Shown piece by piece: positions 9,556-18,508 of a stretch of 64,000 bases of DNA (positions are counted from its first letter, which is position 1; each line of letters begins with the position of its first letter). Source of the stretch: an uncultured Holophaga sp. GTDB lineage: Bacteria > Acidobacteriota > Holophagae > Holophagales > Holophagaceae. The notes beneath the pieces were generated by a model that saw nothing but the letters and a program-made list of their open reading frames with translations, did not search any database and was not told where the DNA came from. The stretch covers positions 2,144,001-2,208,000 of the forward strand of contig OY761614.1 in NCBI GenBank assembly GCA_963664825.1, in the 5' to 3' direction. The translations under genes were made by a program, and so were the position numbers.

Positions 9556-10575
9556 ATGAGAACTTCCCTTCTTTTCCCCGCCGTCCTGGTCTGCAGCGCC
9601 TTGGCTGGGCAGACCGCAGGCCCCGAGACGTTGGTTCAGCGCTTCAATACCAATCTGCCGGATGTCAATAAGCTCCTGAATGAGGTGAAATTCCAGGAAG
9701 CGCTCGAAAAGGCGCAGGGCCTCCTCCCCGCGCAGTCCCCCGTTTTCGTCGCCAAGGATCCCGCTGCCATCGAGGGGAGTCTTGAAAACGGTCGCGGGAT
9801 GTTGGCCCTCCTCAAATTGAGGATCTCCTGCGTGGCCGCCCTGGGGCAGTGGGAAAAGGCCGTGGAGCTCAATCAGGCCCGCCTGGACTATTCCCATGCC
9901 CTGAGCGCGGACCTGAACAAGGCCACCGGCGATCTCAGCGCCCAGTGGACCAAGGTCGTCGAAGAAGGGAAGGCCTACATCCTTCAGAATGAATCCAAGG
10001 CTGCCGAGATCGAAAAGAATCTCGCAAAGCTCCAGCAGGACATCAAGGACTTCAACGAGAAGAAGGTCAAGCTCGACAAGACTCAGCTCGGAGAGCTCCA
10101 GGCCAGGGCCAAGGCTGCCCCCCAGGAAGAACAGCAGATGCTCGAGATCAAGGGCAAGGTCGGGGCTTACAAGGAAGCCCAGGGGCGCTACAAACAGTTT
10201 TCGGACTGGGTGGCCGAGACCCATAAGCAGGCCGATGCCATGATCAAGGACGCCGAAGAAGGATTGGCCAAGGCCCAGGACACCCTCAAGGGTCAGGCCG
10301 CCGAGATTGCGAAGTTCAATGCCGATCAGCTGAAGAAGAACAAGAAGTTCAAGGCTGAGGGCAGCAAGAAGTGGGTCGAAGCCGTCATGCGCGACAAGAC
10401 CAATCTCACCAAGCTCGAAACGCCGCGGCTGCAGGGGCAGCTCCTGAACCGCCTGTTGGTGCTCGATCCCACCGAGAAAAATGCCCTGATGGCCTTCGAA
10501 AATGTCAAGCAGGGCCGCGATCCCTTCTTCGCGGCAAAGTCCGCCTCCAAGTCCAAGAAGGCCCCCAAAAAGTAG
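9556..10575 (+). CDS. Secreted coiled-coil protein, paralog 1 of 3
   Basis: GGAG RBS, signal peptide, GQWEKA and RLLVLDPTE motifs, Lys-rich tail. Confidence 0.85.
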   Translation: MRTSLLFPAVLVCSALAGQTAGPETLVQRFNTNLPDVNKLLNEVKFQEALEKAQGLLPAQSPVFVAKDPAAIEGSLENGRGMLALLKLRISCVAALGQWEKAVELNQARLDYSHALSADLNKATGDLSAQWTKVVEEGKAYILQNESKAAEIEKNLAKLQQDIKDFNEKKVKLDKTQLGELQARAKAAPQEEQQMLEIKGKVGAYKEAQGRYKQFSDWVAETHKQADAMIKDAEEGLAKAQDTLKGQAAEIAKFNADQLKKNKKFKAEGSKKWVEAVMRDKTNLTKLETPRLQGQLLNRLLVLDPTEKNALMAFENVKQGRDPFFAAKSASKSKKAPKK

Positions 10576-10597
10576 CCTGTTGCTAGAAAGGAATCCC

Positions 10598-11488
10598 ATG
10601 AGGACCCTCATCGCTCGAACTGGGTTGGCGGTTTGTTCTGCCGTTCTCGTCGCGCAGGTCCCGGCTCAGCCGGGTCTGAACCCGGAGCTGCGGGCGGCGC
10701 TGCCCGAAGCCCAGAAACTGGTCACGGCATTCAAGGCCCGCGAGGCGGAGGCTAAGCTCGGCACGCTCCTGCCGACCACGGTGCCGGCCTGGGACAAGAC
10801 CGGTCCGCAGACCCAGTTCGCCAGCTACACGGCCTACCGCGAGTATGCCTACGCGTTCTTCCTCGCGGGCCAGGCGGCCGATGCCTCGGGTCATTGGGAG
10901 AAGGCCCTGGAGCGATATCAGAAGGCCGGGGAGATCGCCAAGACCAATGCGGATTCCGTGAAGGCTTCCTTCCCGTTCATCGTCGATTACTACAACAACC
11001 TCGTGGTGGGCAGCAAAAAGACGCTGGAGGAGAACGCGGATTTCATCAAGACGCTGCGGGCGAAACCCAACCCCGATGAGGGTGACAGGCAACAGATCGA
11101 CTTGATCAAGGGTGAGGAAGCCTCCATCGAAGTGAACCAGAAGTCGGCCAAGGTCTTTGCGGACTACATCGTCAGCGCCCAGAAGGAGGCGGACTACTAC
11201 GCCAAGTTCTCCGTGGACGAGGAAACCCAGATCAAGGACGAACTCGATCAGCTTGAAAAGTACAAGTACAAGCATGACAAGGTGAAGTTCGTGGAAGGGA
11301 TCATGAGCTCCAAGACCTTCCTGGATCAGCAATTTTCAGAGAAGTCCGACAAGGTCCGCTACCTCTATCGCTTGAACGTGCTGGACCCCAGCAACCACAA
11401 GGTCGCCCGGGAGATTGAACAGCTCACAGGCGTCAGTGTCGTGGTCACGGCCTCCGAAGAGAAACCCAAGGGCAAGAAGGGCAAGTGA
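10598..11488 (+). CDS. Secreted coiled-coil protein, paralog 2 of 3
   Basis: AAGGA RBS, signal peptide, GHWEKA and RLNVLDPSN motifs, Lys-rich tail. Confidence 0.85.
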   Translation: MRTLIARTGLAVCSAVLVAQVPAQPGLNPELRAALPEAQKLVTAFKAREAEAKLGTLLPTTVPAWDKTGPQTQFASYTAYREYAYAFFLAGQAADASGHWEKALERYQKAGEIAKTNADSVKASFPFIVDYYNNLVVGSKKTLEENADFIKTLRAKPNPDEGDRQQIDLIKGEEASIEVNQKSAKVFADYIVSAQKEADYYAKFSVDEETQIKDELDQLEKYKYKHDKVKFVEGIMSSKTFLDQQFSEKSDKVRYLYRLNVLDPSNHKVAREIEQLTGVSVVVTASEEKPKGKKGK

Positions 11489-12354
11489 AGATGCGCACCT
11501 GGCTTGCCGTTCTGGTCGTACCCGCCCTCGTGGCGCCCCTGGGGGCTCAGACCCTGGCTGATCGCCTCAAGGAAGGTCACAAGGCCTGGGATCTCGCGCT
11601 GGAGCGGGGCGATGCTGCCAATGTCCGGCGCGGCACGGAGGGCCTCCTCCAACGGGAGGCCCTCACGGTCGGGACTACGGATTACAACGAGATGCGCGCA
11701 CTGGTCGCCGTCCATGACTACGCCGCCCGAGCCTGCGCCCAGGAAGGTGCGTGGGAGGATGCGATCGTCCATCTCCAGAAGGCCGCAGCCTCCGCCGCCG
11801 AGAACCTGACGGCCACCGAAGGCACCTTCTCCCGCATCCGCAAGGATCATGAGGCCAAGTTGGTCGAATGGCGCGAGACCATCGCCAAGCAGGAACAGCG
11901 CTTGAAGGACCTGGAGGCCCAATCGGGCCTTACGGAAGAGCACATGAAGCTCCGCGCGCAGATCCGGGGTTTCCTGGATGAGCATCGCAGCGCCATTGCC
12001 CACAGCGAATGGTCCCTCAAGGAGATCGATGGCTTGCTGGCCCAGCTCCGGAAGGAGAAGGAGACCTATGTGGCCTCCCTGGCGGCCTGGCAGGATTTCC
12101 TCGTCCGGGAAAAACAGGAGATCGCTCAGGCCGGGGGCAGTCCCAAGTTTGTGGCAGAAAAACTGGAGCAGGTGAAGGCCGATGATGCCCGCCCTAAGGG
12201 GGATCGGTTGGCCTATGGCCGGCGTCTGTTGCGCCTGGATCCCGAAAATAGCGAGTGCAAGCGGTTTGTGAATGGCCTCGTCGGCGTTTCCGATGAGCCC
12301 GAGGCCCCCGTCAAACCGGCCAAGAAGAAGGTCCGGAAATCCAAGAAGGGCTGA
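11485..12354 (+). CDS. Secreted coiled-coil protein, paralog 3 of 3
   Basis: GTGA start/stop overlap with paralog 2; signal peptide, GAWEDA and RLLRLDPEN motifs, Lys-rich tail. Confidence 0.85.
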   Translation: MKMRTWLAVLVVPALVAPLGAQTLADRLKEGHKAWDLALERGDAANVRRGTEGLLQREALTVGTTDYNEMRALVAVHDYAARACAQEGAWEDAIVHLQKAAASAAENLTATEGTFSRIRKDHEAKLVEWRETIAKQEQRLKDLEAQSGLTEEHMKLRAQIRGFLDEHRSAIAHSEWSLKEIDGLLAQLRKEKETYVASLAAWQDFLVREKQEIAQAGGSPKFVAEKLEQVKADDARPKGDRLAYGRRLLRLDPENSECKRFVNGLVGVSDEPEAPVKPAKKKVRKSKKG

Positions 12355-12370
12355 ATTCCGGTCGGTCTAT

Positions 12371-12401
12371 AAAGAAGCCCCGCCATGGCGGGGCTTCTTT
12401 T
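12371..12401. terminator. Bidirectional intrinsic terminator
   Basis: AAAGAAGCCCCGCC-AT-GGCGGGGCTTCTTTT between convergent genes. Confidence 0.85.
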
Positions 12402-12417
12402 GGGTTGGGAAAGGGTT

Positions 12418-13068
12418 CTAGAACACGCATCCGAAACTGACACGGACGAAATCGGTGTTGGGGGGATCATTCTTGGCTGTGTCGTTACCCGTGAGCGTCT
12501 TGTGGTAGGTGGCCTCTAGGGTGAAGCGCAGGCCTGCGTCGTAGCCGAAGGTGTGGCCGATCCCGAAGTTGCCTCCCAGGCGGGATTTGCGCGTGGTGTC
12601 GACATCGTCGTAGTTGTCGTAGTAGTTATCGTCCAGGTTTCCGAAGCTCCGCTCGAAGCGTTCGAAGTCCGCAGAGAGACCGACGATGAAATAGGTACCT
12701 CGGTGGCGGTAGGCGCTCTCCGTGAAAATCTGGAGATCGCCGCCCACACTGAACATCGTGTGTCTGAGATTGATCTTGTCGTAGCCGGGTGCCGTGTTTG
12801 AACCGTCCGTGACCTGTCCACCAAAGTCCAGGCGGATGGCGAGTTTGGGATCCACGGGAAAGCTGACCGTGAACTGGCCGCCAAAGCCAAGGTCATAGCC
12901 TTCGTTCTGGGAGGCCAGGACTGACCCGCTCGGGGGATAGGTCTTGTTGTTGAAGTCCCCTGTAGGCATAACCAGATTGAACGCGACTCCGAAGCGGGGT
13001 TGCTGAGCCTGGAGTGCGGAGCCCGTGCCGATCAGGGCGACCAGGGCGGGAATCATCATTCGTTTCAT
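12418..13068 (-). CDS. Outer-membrane beta-barrel protein (8-stranded OmpA/OmpW-like)
   Basis: Signal peptide, alternating amphipathic strands, terminal Phe (VRVSFGCVF). Confidence 0.8.
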   Translation of the reverse strand: MKRMMIPALVALIGTGSALQAQQPRFGVAFNLVMPTGDFNNKTYPPSGSVLASQNEGYDLGFGGQFTVSFPVDPKLAIRLDFGGQVTDGSNTAPGYDKINLRHTMFSVGGDLQIFTESAYRHRGTYFIVGLSADFERFERSFGNLDDNYYDNYDDVDTTRKSRLGGNFGIGHTFGYDAGLRFTLEATYHKTLTGNDTAKNDPPNTDFVRVSFGCVF

Positions 13069-13089
13069 GGAAACCTCCAGGAATAAAGC

Positions 13090-13105
13090 AGCGAAGACCG
13101 TGCCA
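13090..13105 (-). promoter_or_regulatory. Putative sigma54 promoter for the beta-barrel gene
   Basis: TGGCACGGTCTTCGCT: GG-N10-GC with a consensus -24 element, just upstream of a GGAGG RBS. Confidence 0.6.
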
Positions 13106-13229
13106 TCTCTCTACGGCCCCATACCGCTAGGGGATTAGCCCCTAGGGCGCAGGGAAGGTGGTGCGAATTGCTTCAGGTGTGGCAATGATGCAACGGGGGA
13201 CGATAACCTAGGGATGACAGAGGTGGATC

Positions 13230-13961
13230 GTGGTTTGGAAACAGGACTTGGCGAGACTGAAACAACAATTCAAGGATGCTGGAGAGCCCAGCCCGAAGCC
13301 CCAGGCTCCGAAACCGGTCCCCAAGCCCGTGGCTCCGGGCACCATTGAAGACGAGGATACCCTCTTCCTGAATGCCATGGGGCGACGGCAGGCCCCGCCC
13401 GCTCCGCGGAAGGACATGCCCTCTCCTTCGGAGGTTGTCCCCGCGGCGCCCCTCCCTTCCCCGGCACCCGCAGAGGATTTCCAGGCGGCGATGGGAGGGC
13501 TAAAGGGTCTGAAACCCCTGGGGTACAGAATCCCCGTCGGGGCGCCTAGGGAACAGTCGGTAGCCCCTGTGGAGAGCCCGGCTCCGCTGCGGGTGCCCGA
13601 AATCGAGGAACCTGCCGCCATTCCGCCCAGCCCTCCCCCGGAAACGGCCCTGCGCACGAGCCCCGAACTGATTCATCTGGCCGCTGGCATGGCCATCGAG
13701 GTGGAGGGCAGCCTGGATCTTCGCGGTCACACGGCGGTGGATGCGCTGGAGCGGTTCAGGGAAAGGCTTCAGGATGGAGTCTTCCTCGGATGGCGCACCT
13801 TTCATGTCACCCTTGGCCCCTCGGAAGAATTGCGGGAAGCTTTCCTGGCCTTCCTGGGTACCCCTGAGGCCATGGTCATCGTACGCTATGCCCAGGCCCC
13901 AATTCCTATGGGTGGAAACCATGCGTGGATCCTCTACTATGTAAGTCCGACTGCCCACTAA
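13230..13961 (+). CDS. Smr/MutS-related domain protein (divergent)
   Basis: EDEDTLFLNAMG and FQAAMGGLKGLKPL N-terminal motifs, LDLRGHT Smr start, C-terminal GGNHAW. Confidence 0.7.
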   Translation: MVWKQDLARLKQQFKDAGEPSPKPQAPKPVPKPVAPGTIEDEDTLFLNAMGRRQAPPAPRKDMPSPSEVVPAAPLPSPAPAEDFQAAMGGLKGLKPLGYRIPVGAPREQSVAPVESPAPLRVPEIEEPAAIPPSPPPETALRTSPELIHLAAGMAIEVEGSLDLRGHTAVDALERFRERLQDGVFLGWRTFHVTLGPSEELREAFLAFLGTPEAMVIVRYAQAPIPMGGNHAWILYYVSPTAH

Positions 13962-13965
13962 TGGA

Positions 13966-14883
13966 GTGAACATGAGTCTTCTCGCCGTGGGCAGTGTTGC
14001 CTTCGATGATCTCGAGACCCCCTTCGGAAAGCGGGAGAGGGTTCTGGGAGGGTCCGCCAGCTATTTTTCCCTCTGTGCCAGCCGCTTCCACCCGGTTCGG
14101 GTGGTGGCGGTGGTGGGTGAGGACTTTGGCCCCGAGCAGTATCGGGTCTTCGACGGTCACCCCATCGATCTTTCGGGCCTGGTGCGGAAGCCCGGGAAGA
14201 GTTTCCACTGGAAAGGGGCCTATGGCTTCGATCTGAACGAGGCCAAGACCCTGGAAACCCACTTGAACGTCTTCCAGGATTTCCACCCGGTCCTCCCCGA
14301 CGCCTTCCGGACCTCACCTTACCTGTTCCTGGGGAACATCGATCCCGTGCTCCAGTTGGATGTGGTGAGGCAGATGGTCCAGCGTCCACGATGGGTGGCT
14401 CTGGACACGATGAACTTTTGGATCAATGGTTCCCGGGAGGCGCTACAGAATGTCCTGAAGGAAGTCGATATTCTTCTGGTCAATGAGAGCGAGGCCCGGG
14501 CTCTTACCCAGGAACATAACCTCCTGAAGGCCTACCGGAAGGTCCGGACCATCGGGCCGCGGATCCTCGTGGTCAAGCGGGGTGAATACGGGGTGTCCCT
14601 CTTCACTCCCGAAGGCATCTTTGCGGCCCCGGCCTTCCCACTTGAGGATGTCTTCGATCCCACCGGTGCCGGCGATACGTTTGCGGGCGGATTCTTGGGC
14701 TATTTGGCCGCAGCGGGGAACATGAATGTGGAGACCCTCAAGGGAGCCACCTTGACCGGAGCGGTCATGGCCAGTTTTACCGTTGAACAATTTGGGACCC
14801 AGAATCTGGAAAGGGTCACGGATCAGGATATAAAAGGACGGACCAAAGCTTTTTCAGACATGATCCGAGTCGATGGACTATAA
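13966..14883 (+). CDS. PfkB-family carbohydrate/nucleoside kinase
   Basis: LGGSASY, VNESE and DPTGAGDTFAGG signatures. Confidence 0.93.
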   Translation: MNMSLLAVGSVAFDDLETPFGKRERVLGGSASYFSLCASRFHPVRVVAVVGEDFGPEQYRVFDGHPIDLSGLVRKPGKSFHWKGAYGFDLNEAKTLETHLNVFQDFHPVLPDAFRTSPYLFLGNIDPVLQLDVVRQMVQRPRWVALDTMNFWINGSREALQNVLKEVDILLVNESEARALTQEHNLLKAYRKVRTIGPRILVVKRGEYGVSLFTPEGIFAAPAFPLEDVFDPTGAGDTFAGGFLGYLAAAGNMNVETLKGATLTGAVMASFTVEQFGTQNLERVTDQDIKGRTKAFSDMIRVDGL

Positions 14884-14907
14884 TTCTTCAAGCTACCAAG
14901 GGGGAAC

Positions 14908-16080
14908 ATGATGCATCAGCGGCCTAGGCTGTTTGCGCTCTCCGTATTGACCTGTTTTGCCCTCGGCCTCTCGGCCCAGGAGCCGCAGCCTGCCCCGGAA
15001 CCAGGGGTCGGCGAAGTCCAAAAAGTGGCTGCTCATTTCTCCAAGTGGGACTTTCCCAAGGAAGTGACCGTTCCCACCGGCAGCCAACTCTATCTGGTTG
15101 TGAAGGGCGATACCCTCTGGGACCTGGGACAGAGTTTCCTGGGAAATCCCTTTGCCTGGCCCCAGATCTGGGAACAGAACAAGTGGGTCAAGGATCCGCA
15201 CTGGATTTACCCTGGCGATCCTTTGATCATCCCCGTGGCCAAGCAGACCGTGGCAGGCCCCGGATCGCCGGCCCAGGCGTCCTCCGAGGTCGCCGGTCTC
15301 AGGCCCGACCGCACCATGGCCCACAAGCCCATCCAGGAGGAGTACGGGTTCACCTTCCAGGATTTCATCCAGTTGCCGTACCTGGTTCCTGCGGGTGCCG
15401 AGGCCCACTTCAAGGAAATCGGTGCCTTCACCATCACGGAGCGGCGGGAAGAGATCCGCAGCTTCCTGGGGGATGGAGAGACGGTCTATCTCGCTGGCGG
15501 AGCGGATCGCGGCGTAAAAGTCGGGGACCGCATGGTCATCCTGAAGGTGTCGAGTCGGAAGCTCCGGCATCCCGAACCGAAGACCCATCGGAAGCCCCTC
15601 GGGGATGTGGTTCAGCAGATCGGTGTCCTCCGCATCACCACGGTGAATCCGGCCGGTTCCATCGCCGTGATCGAACGTTGCATGGATGCGGTGGAGGTGG
15701 GCTTCCACGCGGCACCCTTCGTTGAGCCCGCTAATATGGTCGCCAAGCTTCGCGCCGATATCACGGGTCCAGTCGCCCTTCAGGAGCCCACGGCCAGGAT
15801 CGTGTTCGCCCGGGAGAACCACCAGGAAACGGCCAATGGGGAGATGATCATCATCGATCAGGGCTCCAAGGACGGGCTCAAGGTGGGGGATGTGCTCATG
15901 GCCGCCCGCGTTCGTGTGTGGCCCGCCAACGAGGCCCGGAAGGCCAAGGAACGGGTCACCGAGAAGACCACCTATTATGTCGGCCAGGTCTTGGTGGTGC
16001 GTGTGGACGAGGCCAGCGCCACGTGCCGGGTTCTGCGCGCCAAGGAAGAATTGCACGGAGGCGATATCCTTACCCGCTAG
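14908..16080 (+). CDS. LysM peptidoglycan-binding exported protein
   Basis: Signal peptide; YLVVKGDTLWDL...WPQIWEQN...DPHWIYPGD. Confidence 0.9.
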   Translation: MMHQRPRLFALSVLTCFALGLSAQEPQPAPEPGVGEVQKVAAHFSKWDFPKEVTVPTGSQLYLVVKGDTLWDLGQSFLGNPFAWPQIWEQNKWVKDPHWIYPGDPLIIPVAKQTVAGPGSPAQASSEVAGLRPDRTMAHKPIQEEYGFTFQDFIQLPYLVPAGAEAHFKEIGAFTITERREEIRSFLGDGETVYLAGGADRGVKVGDRMVILKVSSRKLRHPEPKTHRKPLGDVVQQIGVLRITTVNPAGSIAVIERCMDAVEVGFHAAPFVEPANMVAKLRADITGPVALQEPTARIVFARENHQETANGEMIIIDQGSKDGLKVGDVLMAARVRVWPANEARKAKERVTEKTTYYVGQVLVVRVDEASATCRVLRAKEELHGGDILTR

Positions 16081-16102
16081 GGTGCAGAATCTGTCGATTC
16101 AG

Positions 16103-16131
16103 GAAACCGGTCCTCTCAGAGGGCCGGTTTC
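16103..16131. terminator. Hairpin between convergent genes
   Basis: GAAACCGGTCCTCT-C-AGAGGGCCGGTTTC. Confidence 0.6.
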
Positions 16132-16703
16132 TGTGTCAGGCGGAGGATGACGCGCTCTCCTCGGGTGGGGAGGCCATAGGGGTGGACCTCCAGATCCCAG
16201 CCAGGAGGGCAAGGATCACTGCGCCAGCTCTCGCCCTTGGGGAGGAGGAGGGGCGCTCCGGGCTTCCCATGCTGGGTCCACCACCCCGTAAGCAGTTCGA
16301 GGCTTCCCACGGCCTTGGCCGTGCCGAGATCGGCCGACAGGGGAGGGAGTTCCTCTGCCCGGGCTGCCACCAGCAATAGATTGACCAGGCCCAGTTCCAG
16401 CCCCACCTGCCGGACGAAGGCCACCTTCTTCCTGGATTTGTCCACGGCTCGGATCCTCAGGTCGGGTCGCGCCATGGCGAGCACCAGGGCCGGGATCCCC
16501 ATACCGGTCCCGAAGTCCGCCACCTGGGCCCCGGAAGGCAGCCCGGAAAGCAAGGGCAGGAGGGCACAGGCGTCCAGGATCAGTTCCTCGAAACGGGCTT
16601 CGGGGGGCAGTGCCGTAAGGGCATGGGTGCCATTCCATTGGTTTAGGAGCTCGAGGAATCGAGGGGCCAGTGCCTGGACGGCCGGGGGGACGAAGGGTTC
16701 CAT
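16116..16703 (-). CDS. rsmG: 16S rRNA m7G527 methyltransferase
   Basis: WNGTHALTA, ADFGTGMGIP, DKSRKKVAF and RAEE motifs; start trimmed to MEPFVPP. Confidence 0.88.
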   Translation of the reverse strand: MEPFVPPAVQALAPRFLELLNQWNGTHALTALPPEARFEELILDACALLPLLSGLPSGAQVADFGTGMGIPALVLAMARPDLRIRAVDKSRKKVAFVRQVGLELGLVNLLLVAARAEELPPLSADLGTAKAVGSLELLTGWWTQHGKPGAPLLLPKGESWRSDPCPPGWDLEVHPYGLPTRGERVILRLTQKPAL

Positions 16704-16857
16704 ACCTTGAAAATACTCTGATTTTTGGGCCAGGCCGAGCCTGTCCATGCACCTTGGGTTCCGGATGCTGGGATGCAAGACGGAATTCGGAGCCTTTCCT
16801 GCCTTTGTAATGTGCTGATATCTACCATGGTATGGGGAGGAAATAGCCCTTACGCCA

Positions 16858-16888
16858 TTGACAAATAGAATGGTTATGCGAATATTTT
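16858..16888 (+). promoter_or_regulatory. Putative sigma70 promoter upstream of ybeY
   Basis: Perfect TTGACA at 16858-16863 followed by an AT-rich, imperfect -10 region. Confidence 0.45.
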
Positions 16889-16921
16889 TAAAGCTGAGAA
16901 TAGCCAATTAGTGGACCTGCC

Positions 16922-17665
16922 ATGAGCAATACTCCTGCCCCCCTTAAAGTCGACTGGTCATCCCGGAGCAAGCTGCGTGGGCCCGGCGATCGCTCCCTCG
17001 GGGAACTCCTCCAGAAACTGCGGGACAGGCTGGCCCCGGAGGCCGAGGGGCTTTCCATTTCGTATGTGGACGATCGAATCATGCGCAAGCTCAACCGGGA
17101 GCATCGCGGGATCAACCAGACCACCGATGTGCTCAGCTTCCCCTCGGAGGTGGAAAAAGGGGCCTTCCCCCATCTGGGGGATCTTGTCATCAGCCTTGCC
17201 ACGGCGGAGAAGATGGCCAAGAAACTGGGTGTCAGTCGTCGGCGCGAGGTGGAGACCCTGGTGATTCACGGTTTCCTGCACTTGTGCGGGCAGGATCACG
17301 AGAAGGACAAGGGCGAAATGATTGCCCTCCAGTCCCAGTTGGAAAAGGAGTTTCTGGGGGAAGAACCTCTCGCCATGAGCCTCAAGCGAGGCCGGAAGCC
17401 GGGGAGCAAGGTGAAGGTGCTCAAGGATGGCACCCGGATGGTGGTGACCGGTCGGGCCGCCCAGGCCCTGCAGGACAAGCCCAAGCTCAAGAAGGCCAAG
17501 CCGCTGAAGCGCGCGGTCAAGGCCAAGGTTTCCGATCCATCCAAGCCCAAACGTGGGCCTGGCCGTCCCCGTAAGGTGCCGGTCGAAGGCGCTCCGGTGG
17601 CGGCCAAGCGCATCGCCCGGCGCAAGCGGGCCGTTCCCAAACCCCGCAGCGGTGTGATCGGCTGA
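16922..17665 (+). CDS. ybeY: rRNA maturation RNase YbeY with a basic C-terminal extension
   Basis: LNREHRG...TDVLSF, LGDLVIS and HGFLHLCGQDH motifs; ~95-aa Lys/Arg-rich tail. Confidence 0.92.
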   Translation: MSNTPAPLKVDWSSRSKLRGPGDRSLGELLQKLRDRLAPEAEGLSISYVDDRIMRKLNREHRGINQTTDVLSFPSEVEKGAFPHLGDLVISLATAEKMAKKLGVSRRREVETLVIHGFLHLCGQDHEKDKGEMIALQSQLEKEFLGEEPLAMSLKRGRKPGSKVKVLKDGTRMVVTGRAAQALQDKPKLKKAKPLKRAVKAKVSDPSKPKRGPGRPRKVPVEGAPVAAKRIARRKRAVPKPRSGVIG

Positions 17666-17738
17666 ATGGAACGTAGATCAAGACTCGGTCCAGGGGTACC
17701 ATAACCCCTTGGCCTTCGGGCCGTCCCCGGGAGAACGT

Positions 17739-18458
17739 GTGATCAATCTACTCTTGGGCCTGGGCGCCGCCATTGTCCTGGTCCTGTTATTCAGCCTCCT
17801 CAAGATAAGCCTCTGGCTGAGCATTCCCCTCGGCTTGTTGGCTGGCGGGGCTCTCTTCGTCTGGCTAGGGCGGAAGGTCCAGGCCGAGTTGGAGAAGATC
17901 TTCAACCGGGCCGGGGAGCTGATGAAGAAGCAGCACTTCGACGCCGCCATTCAGGTGATGAAGGAAGGCTACAAGCTGGGGCCCCGCCAGTTCCTGGTGA
18001 AGGGCTCCATCGATGGCCAGATCGGCGTCGTGCAGTACCTGCGCAAGAAGAACGAGGAGGCTGAACCGCTGCTCAAATCCGCCTCCATGCAGCACTACGT
18101 GGCCAAGGCCATGCTCGCCATCCTCCAGTGGAAGCGGGGCGAGAAGAAAAAGGCCAAGCAGACCTTCGAACTGGCCCTCAAGGCCGGCAAGAAGGAAAGC
18201 CTGCTCTATGGTGTCTACGCCTATGCCCTCAACGAGATGAAGGAGCGGGACGCCGCCATCGAGGTCCTCAACCGCGGTCTCAAGGTCTGTCAGGGCGACG
18301 AGCGGCTGCTCACCAATCGAAGCCTCCTGCAGAACGCCAAGCCCATGAAGATGAAAATCTTCGGCGAGCAGTGGTACCAGTTCATGCTTGAGCGTCCCAT
18401 CCTTCGCCAGGAACCACCTCCCTTCGCCCGAGTTTCCAAGCGCACTCTTCGGGGCTGA
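17739..18458 (+). CDS. Membrane-anchored TPR-like protein
   Basis: Two N-terminal TM helices followed by helical repeats. Confidence 0.75.
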   Translation: MINLLLGLGAAIVLVLLFSLLKISLWLSIPLGLLAGGALFVWLGRKVQAELEKIFNRAGELMKKQHFDAAIQVMKEGYKLGPRQFLVKGSIDGQIGVVQYLRKKNEEAEPLLKSASMQHYVAKAMLAILQWKRGEKKKAKQTFELALKAGKKESLLYGVYAYALNEMKERDAAIEVLNRGLKVCQGDERLLTNRSLLQNAKPMKMKIFGEQWYQFMLERPILRQEPPPFARVSKRTLRG

Positions 18459-18508
18459 TACTTTTCCGCTAGAACAGCCACCCTCATTCTTGATTACTGG
18501 AGTCACCC

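Noticed and set aside
8950..10611. Long antisense ORFs (e.g. 8950-10611, 24219-25901, 43928-45931, 52531-54225, 59825-61216)
   Set aside because: Shadow frames opposite well-supported genes, expected in high-GC DNA; no motifs.
9556..12354. Tripartite alpha-pore-forming toxin (Hbl/Nhe/Ahl-like)
   Set aside because: Three helical paralogs fit superficially, but none has an internal hydrophobic hairpin for membrane insertion.
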